Assembly (NCBI GenBank): GCA_002256025.1
Contig: NKIB01012585.1
Location: 1 to 64,000 of the forward strand
Direction: 5' to 3'
DNA: 64,000 nt
Origin: Asterionella formosa
Taxonomy: Eukaryota
This document shows, in pieces, positions 49,579 through 61,884 of this stretch (the stretch's first letter is position 1; the number at the start of each line of letters is the position of its first letter). The notes under the pieces were generated by a model that worked only from the letters and a program-made list of their open reading frames with translations, was not told the DNA's origin and searched no databases. A program made the position numbers and the translations under genes.

Positions 49579-51174
49579 TTGTCCCATCTTCGCCGCTATT
49601 CCCTTGCCGCTTCTGACGAAGAAGCCATATACGACGCCATGGGATATCCTCAGCAGGTCGAAGATAGCAGCGACTTTGAAAAGCTGACGAAAGCTTTCAC
49701 ACTGTTAACTGGTCATTTTTCGAGCTTCGATGATTTCTTGGCCGCCTTCGGCTTGGCCAACATGCCAGCTGCTCAGCGTTATGGAATCATGTTTGGTGTT
49801 CTGACATTTGTGTTGACGGTTTCTTCCGTCGTGGCTCTCTTGACGTTTGGAGGCTCCTTCAAACGTATAGCGGAACAGTCTGCACAAGGCGATGTCATTG
49901 TTCCCGACGTTGTCACGTCTCGATCGGGTCGACCCCTTCTGCTTGAACGTCTTTTGGAAGCAAGGGAACGTATGATGACAAAAAATTATGAAAAGCCCCA
50001 AACTTCCACTTCCGATAGCAAACTGACGAAGATGGTTTTGAATGTTGACATTGGAAGTGGCAAAGTTTCTGATTTGGTGGACGAATCTGCAGCCACGAGA
50101 AATGCTCAAGAGCGATTGATACCTCCTGGCTACCAAGCCGAATACGTAGAGGCATATCGGAAGTGTCAAGATAAACCATTTGGTACGTAAAATTTGAATC
50201 TGATCTGACATTTATCATGATCAAATCTCACAGACTTCAATTTATTCTTCGTCCATATCAACTTAGGGGCTGCACTTCCAGGTCGCCCTGAATGTCGCTT
50301 CAAGGCATACGGTCGTGCCTTTGCTGGTTGCGGGACCAATGTGAATCGACGTTACAAGCGTTCCTATGCGCGCCTCTACGAATGCTTTTCTTGTGCCACT
50401 CATGGATCGGAAGAGAAATTCCGCAAGATTTATGATGAACGTCCTCAAGATTTAATCGGTCGACTTGTTCGTCTGGAAGCTTTGGATATAGACCGTCATC
50501 TAGAGAAGTTTTACAATATAACCTCTGGTAATGCCTACCTTGACAATAAGGCTTATAATCCCAAGGAGGTATGGGGATTTTTAAACCATGGGCCTTTTCG
50601 AAACGAGGAAGAATTGAAAGAGTGTCCCATCTTTCAGCGAGGCGTCAATGAGGCGGCCTTTGCTATTATTGAGAATTTAACAGATCGTCTTCTGGGGGTT
50701 GTCGTGTTATCCAAAGATAAGCCGGAGCACCTTACTATTCAGCTGGAACCTCCAATCATCAAGCCTTCCAGCGAAGGAAGTGCGGAACCTATTGAGGCGT
50801 GCTTTTTATTAATGGAGAAACTCTTCGCTCTTGGGTATCGTAGAATTCAAATGGCTTTTGATACTCAGGATGCAAAAAGCAAAAAATTAGCGGTTCGCCT
50901 GGGTTTCACCAAGGAAGCAGAGATTCCTAAGCACATGATCGTCAAGGATGCGAGTCGGGATAGTGCAATTTACGGTATGCTCAATAATGACTGGGAGAAT
51001 GGCGCTCGCTCGTTCCTTTTCACGAAGCTACATGGCCTGAAACTGCATCGCCTGGACGAGGCCAACAATAAGAAGGAAGAAGAATTGGATGAGCAGACAC
51101 GAGGACTTGCTGAGAAGAAAAGATTGGGAGAAGAAGGAGAAGGAGCTGCCAAATTTAACAAGAAGAACGAATAG
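49579..51174 (+). CDS. Membrane-anchored RimJ/RimL-type GNAT acetyltransferase-like protein, copy B (complete C-terminus); 2 exons seen, start uncertain
   Basis: Intron GTACGT...TTAG at 50183-50266. TM segment GIMFGVLTFVLTVSSVVALL. GNAT-like GRLVRLEALD...LFALGYRRIQ...SKKLAVRLGFTKE...SRDSAIYGML..DW. First ATG is 49639; the in-frame TTG at 49579 follows a possible splice acceptor. Confidence 0.85.
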
Positions 51175-51810
51175 GTGATAAATGTATAGTGCAGCCGCTG
51201 AATAGGTGTGAAAAATGAATGCCTTTGGTAGCATCGAGCAAAAATATTGAACTGGCAAGAGAAAACGAACATTGACAATAAATTTGGTTTGTACCATTTA
51301 CGCACTAGATCGTTGCCAATCTGATGGTTCAGCATCAAGTGTCTTGAACATGAACGAGTGAATTCAGATCACTTTCTGAACATGACTGGAACATGAATTA
51401 TGTATAATTCTAATTTTAAGAGCTTGTAATATATAAAGATTTAGGAGAGACTACCGAGCGCGAATACAACAACTACCCACGGCTTTCCACAGCTGGAACC
51501 CCGAAGATAACCACAACACACCACAAGTGGATCCACTCTTAACGGCAGAATGAATCCTACTTTGCCGAACATGACAGCTGATTGTCCGACGGAACCTCTG
51601 ACTTCTCCACTGGTTCTCATGAAGACTCTCCTCAAACGAAAAAATAAGTAGCTGAGATTGCATTCACTGCTAATACCATTAGGCAGACATGACAAATTCG
51701 GTCCCAGCATTAGGAAGGGAAATGGCTAACCGAATCGACCAAAAATCTGATCAATTAATAAAAAATAAAAACCCAACATTGAGCGACGTGTAGATGGGCA
51801 CGGAAATGCT

Positions 51811-54324
51811 CTAGTTCCTATAAAGTTCGCCATTCGAGCCGATGTCGAGGTTGAAAGTTCCCTGATTATATGGTGACGACCTGATTGTAGATCCAAGATC
51901 GCTAAACAAGTTTGAAGAATCAGACTCGGATGTGCCGCCACGAAGCGACGACAATAAAGTCTCATCAGGTTCCGTTCTCCGAACAAAGCTGCCCCCAATG
52001 ACTATGTTCGCGCTTCCAGATAAGCGAAGCATTGCTCCGAGATCCTTCGCAAGAGCAGCATCCTCGTCAACAGAGGTTGCAGTTGTGTATGATGTGGACG
52101 CTGCGGACGAAGCCCAAGGATTGGTTCCGTTTCGAAGCAACCCAGAATTGGGAGAATCTACTTGTGAAATCCCCGTTCCGGAGCCAGCGGAGTTTCTAAA
52201 CACAGATGTGAACTCGTTCCCGGTACTGAAGCAAGTATCATTCGCATTAAGGACACTTCCAACCACGTTATTGGTCAGTTCTCCGCTAAAGAGTCTAGTG
52301 AATGAATCGGAGTTTTGGAAATTGTCATTGGAGCCATTGAGAAAAGAAGACGAGATTGATGGTGCTGAAGAGGTGCGAGGGCGATTGAATTGCCCATGAA
52401 GTCCATCAAAATGGCCATATAATGCCTCGCTGTGTACCAAGCCTTCGTTATAGCTCCGTGTGTCCCTATCGAAAAGCTCCACCTTCACAGGGCGTGGTAC
52501 GACAACATTGCGATTGGAATAATCAAAGTTGGGAACAGTCAATTCTGGAACACCAAACATTCTACCCAATGGTCTATCTTCATGGAGATGTAACAAGCCA
52601 GGACGAGGTGATAGAGTGCAAGCTCGTTGTCTGTTAGGTACGGATTGATTCTGCACGTCAAAGTAAGAACCAGTACCAACTGAGGAAGCTACATCATATT
52701 CGTTGGGAAGACCAGTTCCAGAAGGATAAGATCTCGAGCGTGTGAACGAGACCTCGCCGAACTCGTCGCCTACTGGCCCCCCATTGACAGATTCGGAACC
52801 ATAATACTCCGATCCAATCGTACTGTTTACCGAAGCCACACTTGCCGTCTCCCATGTGTCAATCTTCGATTGATTATGCCACGAGTCTCTACCTTGCAAC
52901 AGTCCTTGGTTATGACTGTGCTCTAGAACGACACCTGATTGTAGCGGGCTGTTTGAAGGAAAGGACTGAAACCCAGGGGGTCCTGTAGGAGTATTCATCG
53001 GTTTCTGTCGATCTTGACGAGACGGAGGCATTGGACGATTCACTTGAACAAAACCCGAAGTGGGATTGTGCGAAATTTGAGAGCGAGGAGGTAAATCGTG
53101 AGCATGAAGTTGGTTGAGGAATGATTGCGGGGACTCGCGCGTCGGTAAAGTTGCGTGTGAAAACGGCAGATCCACAATATCCGGCGCCAAAGGATCGGTT
53201 TGCAATCGAGCCTTGGTCATCTCCTTCAGTTCCTGCACAGTCAATCCATGCGGCAGCTTGGCCTTCGATGACTTATTTTGAGGCGCACCAGGGCTATCCG
53301 AATGAGACATAGACACGGCCTTGGCCGATGCCACCGAGAACGACGAAGAACTTCCGGAACCAGACGTTCGTGCCGGAGGGTATCGGCCTCTAGCATCAAT
53401 ACCGTACCTAGCACCTGACGGACTAATTCCTTCAAACGATTCCGATTGTTGCATTTCGAATAATTGATATTGTTGTATTTGGGTAGGGAGAGCATGCTGC
53501 TGGATGCCGTTGGGTCCGCATCCAGGACTGGTAGCTCCTATGCCGATACCAAGGCCACCCATGTCTTGCATCACCTCGTACATAACACAAGGATCCATAC
53601 TATTATGAGCAACTACAGCCTGATGAGGGAAAGTGTAGGACTGACTCAAGGCTTGTTTTTGTTCAGGAAGACTATGCATGCTTCGACCTCCACTACCACG
53701 ACATTGATGGAAAGTAGGAAAAAATTGTGTCTGCTCCTGCTCTTGAGCCAATCTAATTGCGGTTTGCTTCTTCAAGTCCTAAAAGGAGAAAAACATGTTT
53801 GTGAGTGACGGATCCTTTCATTGCTTCTTGTGAAAACCCCCGCCTGACAAAATATCACAGAGGACATGCATCTGATCGAGGGCTCAAAAACGAAGGCACA
53901 GAGGCCCCCCCCTCACACGAAAATACTCCAGACAGAATAAACCGTTATATTAAACCGAATTAGGCAATACAGAAACAATAGCGAGGAACGAACTCTGGAA
54001 AAATGTAAGGACCAATCAATGATATCCAATTTAAATATGCATAATAAATGGAAGATGAAAATATACAAGGCGTGTAGTCGAATATGATGAGTTCCCGGGA
54101 TAAAAAAAGAGAGTAGACTCTACGTAGAATATAAAATGGGGGTGTGTACACAGCACGTGCATATCCAGAGGAGCCGTAGCATCGATCAAGGGAATCGAAT
54201 TGATGAAGAACACGTAAACAACAGTGGCGCTTGCGAAGCAACTGACCTCCATTGTGATTCCTTTCTTTCGCCGATCCCCTTGCTCATTCGACTGTTGTCC
54301 ATTATGTTGAAAGGGCAAGGGCAT
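51811..54324 (-). CDS. Hypothetical low-complexity (S/G/Q/P-rich) protein, ~680 aa; 2 exons
   Basis: Exon 1 is 54324-54247 (MPLPF...KKGITME), intron GTCAGT...TTTTAG is 54246-53779, exon 2 is 53778-51811 (DLKKQTAIRL...). The spliced junction recreates a motif that recurs inside the protein. Confidence 0.8.
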
Positions 54325-55633
54325 GGCCCCGACCCTGGCGTTTCTCATTGTGAAAAAATTTACCCCGACCCCTGGGGGAATTATGTCTCAATAGATTGTC
54401 GAAGGGCGATTGATTCACAGCTGTGCCTGACCACGAAGCGTTTGTACGTGCTTTCGCACGCTCTCTGTAGAATGGCTACAGCGGAATTGGTTGTATTTCT
54501 TTTTACGCCTGGTGCTGATAAACACGCACAGAAAGAGCCGTTAGGAAGACGCAGACAAAGGAAAGTATCTACGACCGTGTACCCATCGGTAGATGCTGTA
54601 CTGTTGTTCTTAGCAGGGTCTACCGGTAGTTGAGTACCTGGTACCTGGTACCAGGGTACGACCTGGTACTCCTACCTACCGGTAGTTACAAGGTAACTCG
54701 AGTACTGGTGTGCATTTTCCGTAGTTCAGGTCAGATAACGGTAGTTGTACTTATGTACGTATGTATGCTTGAACAAACAGATAAGCAGACAATACAAAGT
54801 ACAATAAGTAAATTCCAAGACGCAGGCAGGTGGCAGTGGGATTCACGGTCCTCGCTCCGGATCCGAGTTGAGTTTGTTTCTACTGCATATGAACATACGA
54901 AAAACACATGATTTCGACATCGTGTAGTACCTGGTACCAGATAGTAGACAATCTAGTGCTGGTACCTGGTACCAGGTACCCCCCGCTTCCCTATAATAGT
55001 TTGTTGCTTAGTAACTACATCGCTACATACATAAATAAACTCTTTCGAGAATGTCTTTTGAGATTACCGGTATCATACTTTTCGTACGACTGGTGGTAAC
55101 AGGTCCTTCCTCTGGTGTACTAGACTCGTCACAAGCAAGCCCCTCTCGTGGGACCGGGGTACCCCAACAACTTAATATTGGATAAAGATAGCTAAGGTTT
55201 TTGTTTCATCTCAATTACCGGAACTTGGAGGTAGCAGGTAGCAGGTACTCCAGGCAGGAGGAAGGTCCAGCAGAAGACGGTTTGTATTACAAAGGAAACA
55301 AAGCTAAACTTCTCCATGGAAGAAGAATGAGTGGGAGCAGACCGGAGTCCTGAGTCTATCGACTGGACTCCTCCGACTACCTGTTCAAGAATATTTGCGC
55401 GCGGCATGATCCTCAGCATCTTCTTGATTATGTACGAGCGAGCTCCCTGGTCGCTCTGCCTGACGATCTGGCTCATGGTTTGACATTCTTGTTCATCATA
55501 AAATTCTCGAACGAAAGCAAGAGAAGAACAACAGGCAAGTGATCATATAAAAACCTACAAGAGAGTAAGGTGATTCATTCTAGAAATCTGTGTGCGATAG
55601 TATCGCCCTGTTCATCTAAGGAAAGCGACGACT

Positions 55634-58060
55634 ATGCCCTTAACGTCTATGATGCTTCGCGGAGCTGCGCAGAAGGTGTCGTTCGCATCAGTGATGGGCA
55701 AGAAGGGCGCAGTATCCGCAACATTGTTCTCAAAGGCTGCATCGACTCGTGCGGCGAGCCTCCGACCCCAGAGTTTCCATTCAACTGCGGAAACTTTGCG
55801 CTCGTCCTTCCAAGTACACTCGCTTCATGGGACTCCAGTGCCTTTGGTGGCTATTGCTTATGATTCTGATGATGGATCCGACGAAAATCCCGAAGTGCCA
55901 GCTGCTGTCATGCTTTCTTCTACTCCCAGCAATGACGTCATCTGTACTGGACCCCACGTGATGTCTACGAACACTCGGAATTCGGCCGCAGGACGAATAC
56001 CGACATCAACCACGACGACATCGGCTTCCAACAACACTTTTACTCCTCCTTCGGTCAGCGATAAGGGACATGCAAGGCGAGGCGCAGGAGGAGGTGGTGG
56101 TGGTGCGGGGAGGCACCGCTGCCCTAAATGCGGAACCAATGTCACCTTTCGGCATGGAGAGTTTGAAGAAAATTCCTTTTATTGTGCCAATTGTTCTGGA
56201 TGGTTTTCGATCATGCCCAACACCATCACTGCTGATAGCATAGCGAAGAATGAAACATACGGAGAACTTAACAAGAATGAAGAAAAAAAACTACAGGATC
56301 CTCAAATCTTGATGCAGCATGTACGTTTTTAGAAGAGAATTCATTGTGATTTTATTATTCTTATCACTGCTGACGTACATAGCCTTCTAACACCAATGTT
56401 TTTGTATTTTTCTTCAGATACCCGAAAGCGCCACAACTGGAAGCGGTCGGCAACGATCTCAATCCAATTCTAGTGAAACAGATGAAGCAGCAGACGATGA
56501 ATCAAATGACGGCGATGACACCAAGAAACAGCATGTCAGCAAGCTTCCAACTCCGCGAGAAATATGCAAGGGACTTGATGAATATGTTATTGGTCAACAA
56601 AGTGTCAAGATAGCTTTGTCCGTTGGCGTTCACAATCACTACAAGCGCATCCGTGTCGCCGAGGCACAGCAGGCTGCGGAATCCAAACGAGCCAGTACAA
56701 GGGAGGCCACCATGGATATCGGCGACAATGGCGGACTTCAGGAACTTCAGTTGGGACAGTTTGGAAAGACTAGTGGAAAGAAAAAGGACGATTACGATGT
56801 CAACTCCATTTCTGTCAATACATTTGGGAAGACTGTGGAAGATTGTGAACTCGACAAGAGTAACATTATTATCATAGGCCCCACTGGTTCTGGGAAAACG
56901 CTGTTGGTGAAGACTCTTGCTAAACTTATTGATGTACCGCTAGCGATTGCCGATGCTACATGCTTGACGCAGGCGGGATACGTTGGTGAAGACGTCGAGA
57001 GCATTTTATTCAAGGTATGTATGCATGGCAATTTTTACGTCAACTCGATGGGTTTGGTTACCTAACGCTCGCTTTTTTTTGTCTTTAATTTTTAGCTATA
57101 TCTAGAGAGTGGCCAGGACCTGGAAAGATGCCAAAGGGGGATTGTCTACATCGACGAAGCAGACAAGATTCGAAAGTCTGGTGGCAATGTCAGCATCAGC
57201 CGGGATGTCTCTGGAGAAGGGGTACAGCATGCACTTTTGAAGATTGTCGAAGGTAACGTGGTCAATGTTCCCAAGGTTAGTGCATGTTTGCATCAGTTGC
57301 TGTAGATGTTCTCTTAGATGTGCCTTTAACAAGTTTTGTATTAAAAAAGGAGCCCGGTCGCAAGAATCCCCGCGGTGACTTCCTGCAGATTGATACCACA
57401 AACATTTTGTTTATTTGTGGCGGTGCATATGCTGGACTTGAGAGAATCATCAACAAACGCATGGATACTGCTTCCATCGGTTTTGGAGCTCAAATGAAAA
57501 AGGAGCTCGATGATTACAAGGTTCAAGGGAAGTACTTCGACAACGCGATTCCAAAAGATTTAGTCGAATATGGGATGATTCCAGAATTTATTGGTCGCTT
57601 CCCTGTTATTGTATCAACCAAAGGTTTGGATGTTGAGAACTTGGTTGATATTTTGACGAAACCAAAGAACTCTCTCATGAAGCAGTACCAATATCTCTTT
57701 GCCATGAGCAATATCAATTTTCACGTTACCGACGATGGTTTGGAAGAAGTGGCAAAGACTGCTTTTCAACGCGGAACTGGTGCCCGTGGTCTTCGCTCCA
57801 TAACGGAGAATGTACTGATGGAGACTATGTTTGTGACTCCCTCTCTTCAGAATGTCCACACTGTCTACTTGGATTCCGATGGTGTCCGTGGTGACAAGAA
57901 ACCAATTCTTTTGACTGACCCACAGATGACGATTGCCAAGTTCGAAGCTTTGCGAAAGAGTGGCGTTGTGGATGTCGACGGGGCTGTTCATGTTGATATC
58001 AACACTCAAGGCAATGATGATGTGGAAACTGACGGCGAGAGCGAAGAAGCGGTTGCGTGA
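55634..58060 (+). CDS. CLPX: ATP-dependent Clp protease ATP-binding subunit ClpX, probably mitochondrial; 4 exons
   Basis: Introns 56321-56417, 57015-57095 and 57276-57349, all GT-AG and frame-preserving. CPKC...CANC zinc site, [45 protein letters not shown] loop, TGARGLR. Confidence 0.96.
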
Positions 58061-58170
58061 ATGGTACTACCGGTAGGTCCTGGAACTACTTGCACATAGC
58101 ACCAAAAGGTCACGTTCACCCTAATTTATCTGGGTTTGTAGATATTATTAAGCCTTGTTGTTTGAAAGCC

Positions 58171-58656
58171 TTAGGCATTAGTAGGATCCGCACATTCCAT
58201 GATAGTGAACTTCTTCATTGTTGGCTGTACATTAGCTGTTATGCGATGCCATCCTTGTGCTGCTTTGAAAGACAACCATATTCGACCAGGTATCGTAACT
58301 GGTTTACAGAAAAATCGGGCAATCTTGGCCTCTACCAACGATGCAGTTAGTCTAGTGGGATCAATGTCAGGAAATTTGCAAAGGATCCGCTGCGCAGCGT
58401 TGGAATTTTTCACTGACGCTTCAAAATGCCGAGTTAAACGTAGTACTTGCTTCTGTACAAACGGATGATGCGTTACGAGGCTTGTTGGCCGAGTCCAGGA
58501 AGGCGCTGCCATCGTCGTCATTGTTTGAAAGCAGATAAACCAGGTCGCTGACACTAAAATGGCAGATAAAGCTGTATGAACCAGTAGGAAAACAGGAATG
58601 TCGGCGGGCATCATATCTCGCGCCGCCAAAAAGTTTGTTACATTGGTTCCAATCAT
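58171..58656 (-). CDS. Small hypothetical membrane protein (161 aa)
   Basis: ATG-initiated ORF with a hydrophobic segment (VFLLVHTALSAILVSATWFICF) and a ...KPVTIPGRIWLS segment; tail-to-tail with ClpX. Confidence 0.6.
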   Translation of the reverse strand: MIGTNVTNFLAARDMMPADIPVFLLVHTALSAILVSATWFICFQTMTTMAAPSWTRPTSLVTHHPFVQKQVLRLTRHFEASVKNSNAAQRILCKFPDIDPTRLTASLVEAKIARFFCKPVTIPGRIWLSFKAAQGWHRITANVQPTMKKFTIMECADPTNA

Positions 58657-59154
58657 TATTTATCGGGCCGTCTGTATCAGTCCAAAGAGTGTCTAGATGA
58701 GAATTACTCTGGAATACATAGAATGGTGCATCCATAGGCAGTACCGGTAGGGCAGTCTGCTTAACTAATAAAACGAGCAGTTCAGAATTATTATTAATGG
58801 CTGTACATAGACAACTACCGGTACAATTTTTTTTGTATAGATGTAGCTATTGTATATTCTTCCTGATCGGCATTTTATGACGAAGCGAAAGATCACTCAT
58901 CCCGTCGCCAAATGTTGTTCGCTGTGTGTAAAACTAGATTGCAAATAGAAATCTCATGCCACACACCGAAAATAGAATGTAAAATAAAATTCGCTATTTT
59001 CAATCCTAACAAACAGCAGCAGGTTATTATTCTCTCTCTCTCTCTATATATATATACATATTTATATAAGCGACATCCAGCAAATGCATAGAAACGGTTG
59101 GTATACATGTTAGATCAAGTTCCATGGAAGCGAGGCACTCCATGCCTTTGGAGG

Positions 59155-59970
59155 TCAAGACTTCGAAGCCTCTTCATGATCAAGTACCGCTTGCTCACTC
59201 CACAAATCAAATTCGCTTTCCTCTAGTATCGGAACACCCGAAGGAGAGACAACCACTGGGAGCGACGTCAAAGTGCCGAGCTCCTTGCGCATGATTTGTT
59301 CGTAGATTCTCCTTGCTTGGCAGTTATGCGCGAACGTCATGTAGTGCCGAAGTTCATTTGATTTGAATGGCTTCAATTGGCAATCCCGAATTTGGAGTGT
59401 AGCCTCTATCAAAGTAGAGCAGAACTCGTCGGAAACTAACGATCTCCCAGGAAGTAATGGAATCTTGGATATTTTCTCAGCAATGACCTCATGGTCGGCG
59501 TAGTGATCTACGATGTCCCGAACTGCAAGCCCACCCATGATGACACTCACGGGCAAGAAGAGTAATACATTGGTTATCATGGAAAAGAATTTGAAGCTCG
59601 TCTCTTCGCCAGGTGGAATGTCAAGAGTATACCAGCTGCCATTACGTGTTCGTGGTGAATGCTGACCTAGTGCCATTCCAATCCTTGGTATCCTAGAAAA
59701 AAGGACAAAAGTGGACAAGGCGATCGCAAGCCCAACGAAGCAAGCTTCGGGTAACACGGAATCATTCATAATGATCTCTCTAAGATAACTCCGTTCTCTC
59801 GTATAATCACTTTCTTGCATGGTAGTTGTATACTTTTTCCATAGACCCTTTGTCGCGACGACTTTCATGCAACAGTATATTTTAAGCTTGCGGAGAACCT
59901 CCGATTCGCTGGGCATTCCTATTGTTGTTGCTTTGCCATCTTGACCTGTCGGGTGTTTACGAATCGACAT
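59155..59970 (-). CDS. Hypothetical protein with two predicted TM segments (271 aa)
   Basis: Intact ATG-initiated ORF with two hydrophobic stretches and an IPLLPGRSLVSDEFC motif. Confidence 0.65.
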   Translation of the reverse strand: MSIRKHPTGQDGKATTIGMPSESEVLRKLKIYCCMKVVATKGLWKKYTTTMQESDYTRERSYLREIIMNDSVLPEACFVGLAIALSTFVLFSRIPRIGMALGQHSPRTRNGSWYTLDIPPGEETSFKFFSMITNVLLFLPVSVIMGGLAVRDIVDHYADHEVIAEKISKIPLLPGRSLVSDEFCSTLIEATLQIRDCQLKPFKSNELRHYMTFAHNCQARRIYEQIMRKELGTLTSLPVVVSPSGVPILEESEFDLWSEQAVLDHEEASKS

Positions 59971-60634
59971 GCTGTAAATCCTTGAGACTTGATGATGATG
60001 ATGATGAACTACAGCACAGCACAGGTTGCTCTCCGGTCATCTTGGTCCTTAATGTTTGCTGTGGAAGGAGATTTTGGGGGAGAAAGGAGAGCCTTTTTTG
60101 TTGTTTTCTTCAATTCTTTTTTTGCAGGTGGAAAGTAGTTTTCGTGCGTGGTGAGTTTACTTTCTAAAATCTTTTTTATCATTATTCCTTATTAATTAAT
60201 TAACAAATGACTTCCTCTCTGAATAATAACATATATTTATTAATAAAGGAAAGTCTCTGACTGTACTTTTGTACTACGGTATTTGCTAACCTGTACTGTA
60301 CGCACTTCGGGACAAATCGTCGTCTGGCCGTATGCACGGCCAATCAAAATTGGATGTGCACTTTTTCGGAGGCACTCTTTTACCTTCTTTGCAGTATTAT
60401 TTTTTATAGCATCTATAGCTGGTACTGAATATTGTATATTAATAATTTTCATATGGCCATTTACACTTGTCTGCAATGTACACAGGAGACTCCTCGCTCT
60501 ACTTTTGTAACAATCATTGCCGACGCCACCAAACGACATTGTCGTTGGATTAATAACTGAGCCTCTAATCATTCGCAGTTTTCGCCCCCATCGCCTTCAA
60601 TTCGCAAATCATAATTTAGATAGGCTGTATCAAT

Positions 60635-61358
60635 ATGGATACTGTTCTTGGAGTTCAATTTGACGGGGGAGGTGAGTGTTCCACCAGAATCAACGCGGTG
60701 TACTCAATTCAGAACTAAACCATGTCGCCGGCATCTGCGGGGTTCCTCTCGTTTGCTCACGGATTTGTGTGCTCTCCCTCCCTCAAAAGTCATCCTTGCC
60801 ACTGACCAGACAAATGCTAGATCCATTCTTACATATCAAACCAACTTGGACAAAATCAAGGAGCTGACCTCCCATTCTGCCATGGGCGTCTCTGGTCCAA
60901 ACTGCGACATGGTCAACTTTACCGAATTCATTGCCAAGAACATTGCGCTCTATGAGCTTTCCAATGACGGAACCAAGCTCTCGACTCACGCACAAGCCAA
61001 CTACGCCAGAAATGAGCTGGCTGTCGCCTTAAGGAAGGGACCTTTCCAGGTCAACGTATTGTTGGGTGGATATGACGAAACCACCACCAGTGCCTCGCTC
61101 TACTTTTTGGATTACTTTGGTGCCCTTCAAAAAGTCAATTATGGTTGTCAGGGACATGCTGGAAGCTTCTGTTTGAGTATTATGGACCGAAAGCACAAGG
61201 AGGGGTTGTCAGAGGCCGACGCCATGGACATTATTAACGACTGTATCAAGGAAATCCATGTTCGATTCCTGATCGCGCAGCCAAATTTTATCATCAAGGT
61301 CATTGACAAGTCAGGTATTCGAGTGATCAGTTTTGGGGGAGACCCAGCTGATTCGTAA
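60635..61358 (+). CDS. PSMB2: 20S proteasome subunit beta type-2 (beta4/PRE1); 2 exons
   Basis: Exon 1 60635-60671, intron 60672-60789, exon 2 gives MDTVLGVQFDGGVILATD...LDKI...ANYARNELA.ALRKGPFQVNVLLGGYD...LSIMDR. Confidence 0.93.
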
Positions 61359-61884
61359 AGTGGAGGGATATAGAATAAACGACATCAAAGGTCAAACACT
61401 ACAAGATAGCAACATACTAACATGGAATTCTGGATCTGGCAGCACTGTGCATAGATGGTGCATGTAAGGTGTACATCGAACAATTGTTAGTAAGACCATG
61501 TTTCCCGGTCTGGTGTTACCTCCACCCTTGTTCTCAAATATAGTGGCTGTAGGCCTGTCATAAGCAGCAAAAGCAAAAATTATCTATGTACAACATGCAC
61601 AAATACTGGTCGCGCTCTGAATACCAAATAAATTGTTGTGCAGAAAATATGTTGTGGTACTCCTACAAATGTAGCAGTAGGTCTACGTACAATAACGTAG
61701 TATGCCCGAATGTTTCTTCACTCCTATGTCTACCGGTACTAACGCTAACAAAACTCCAATAGTTACAGTTTCTTCTTCGAGCAGTGCTTGATGCTGCTGT
61801 TTCTATCCTCTACTTCACCATCAGCAAAGACAGGAAAATCACTCTATTAGATATCTATTGAACAACTTGTAGAGCGTGATAGTC

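Noticed and set aside
53612..53640. CTGATGA..GAAA hammerhead-like core
   Set aside because: There is no room for stem II, and it lies antisense within a coding exon.
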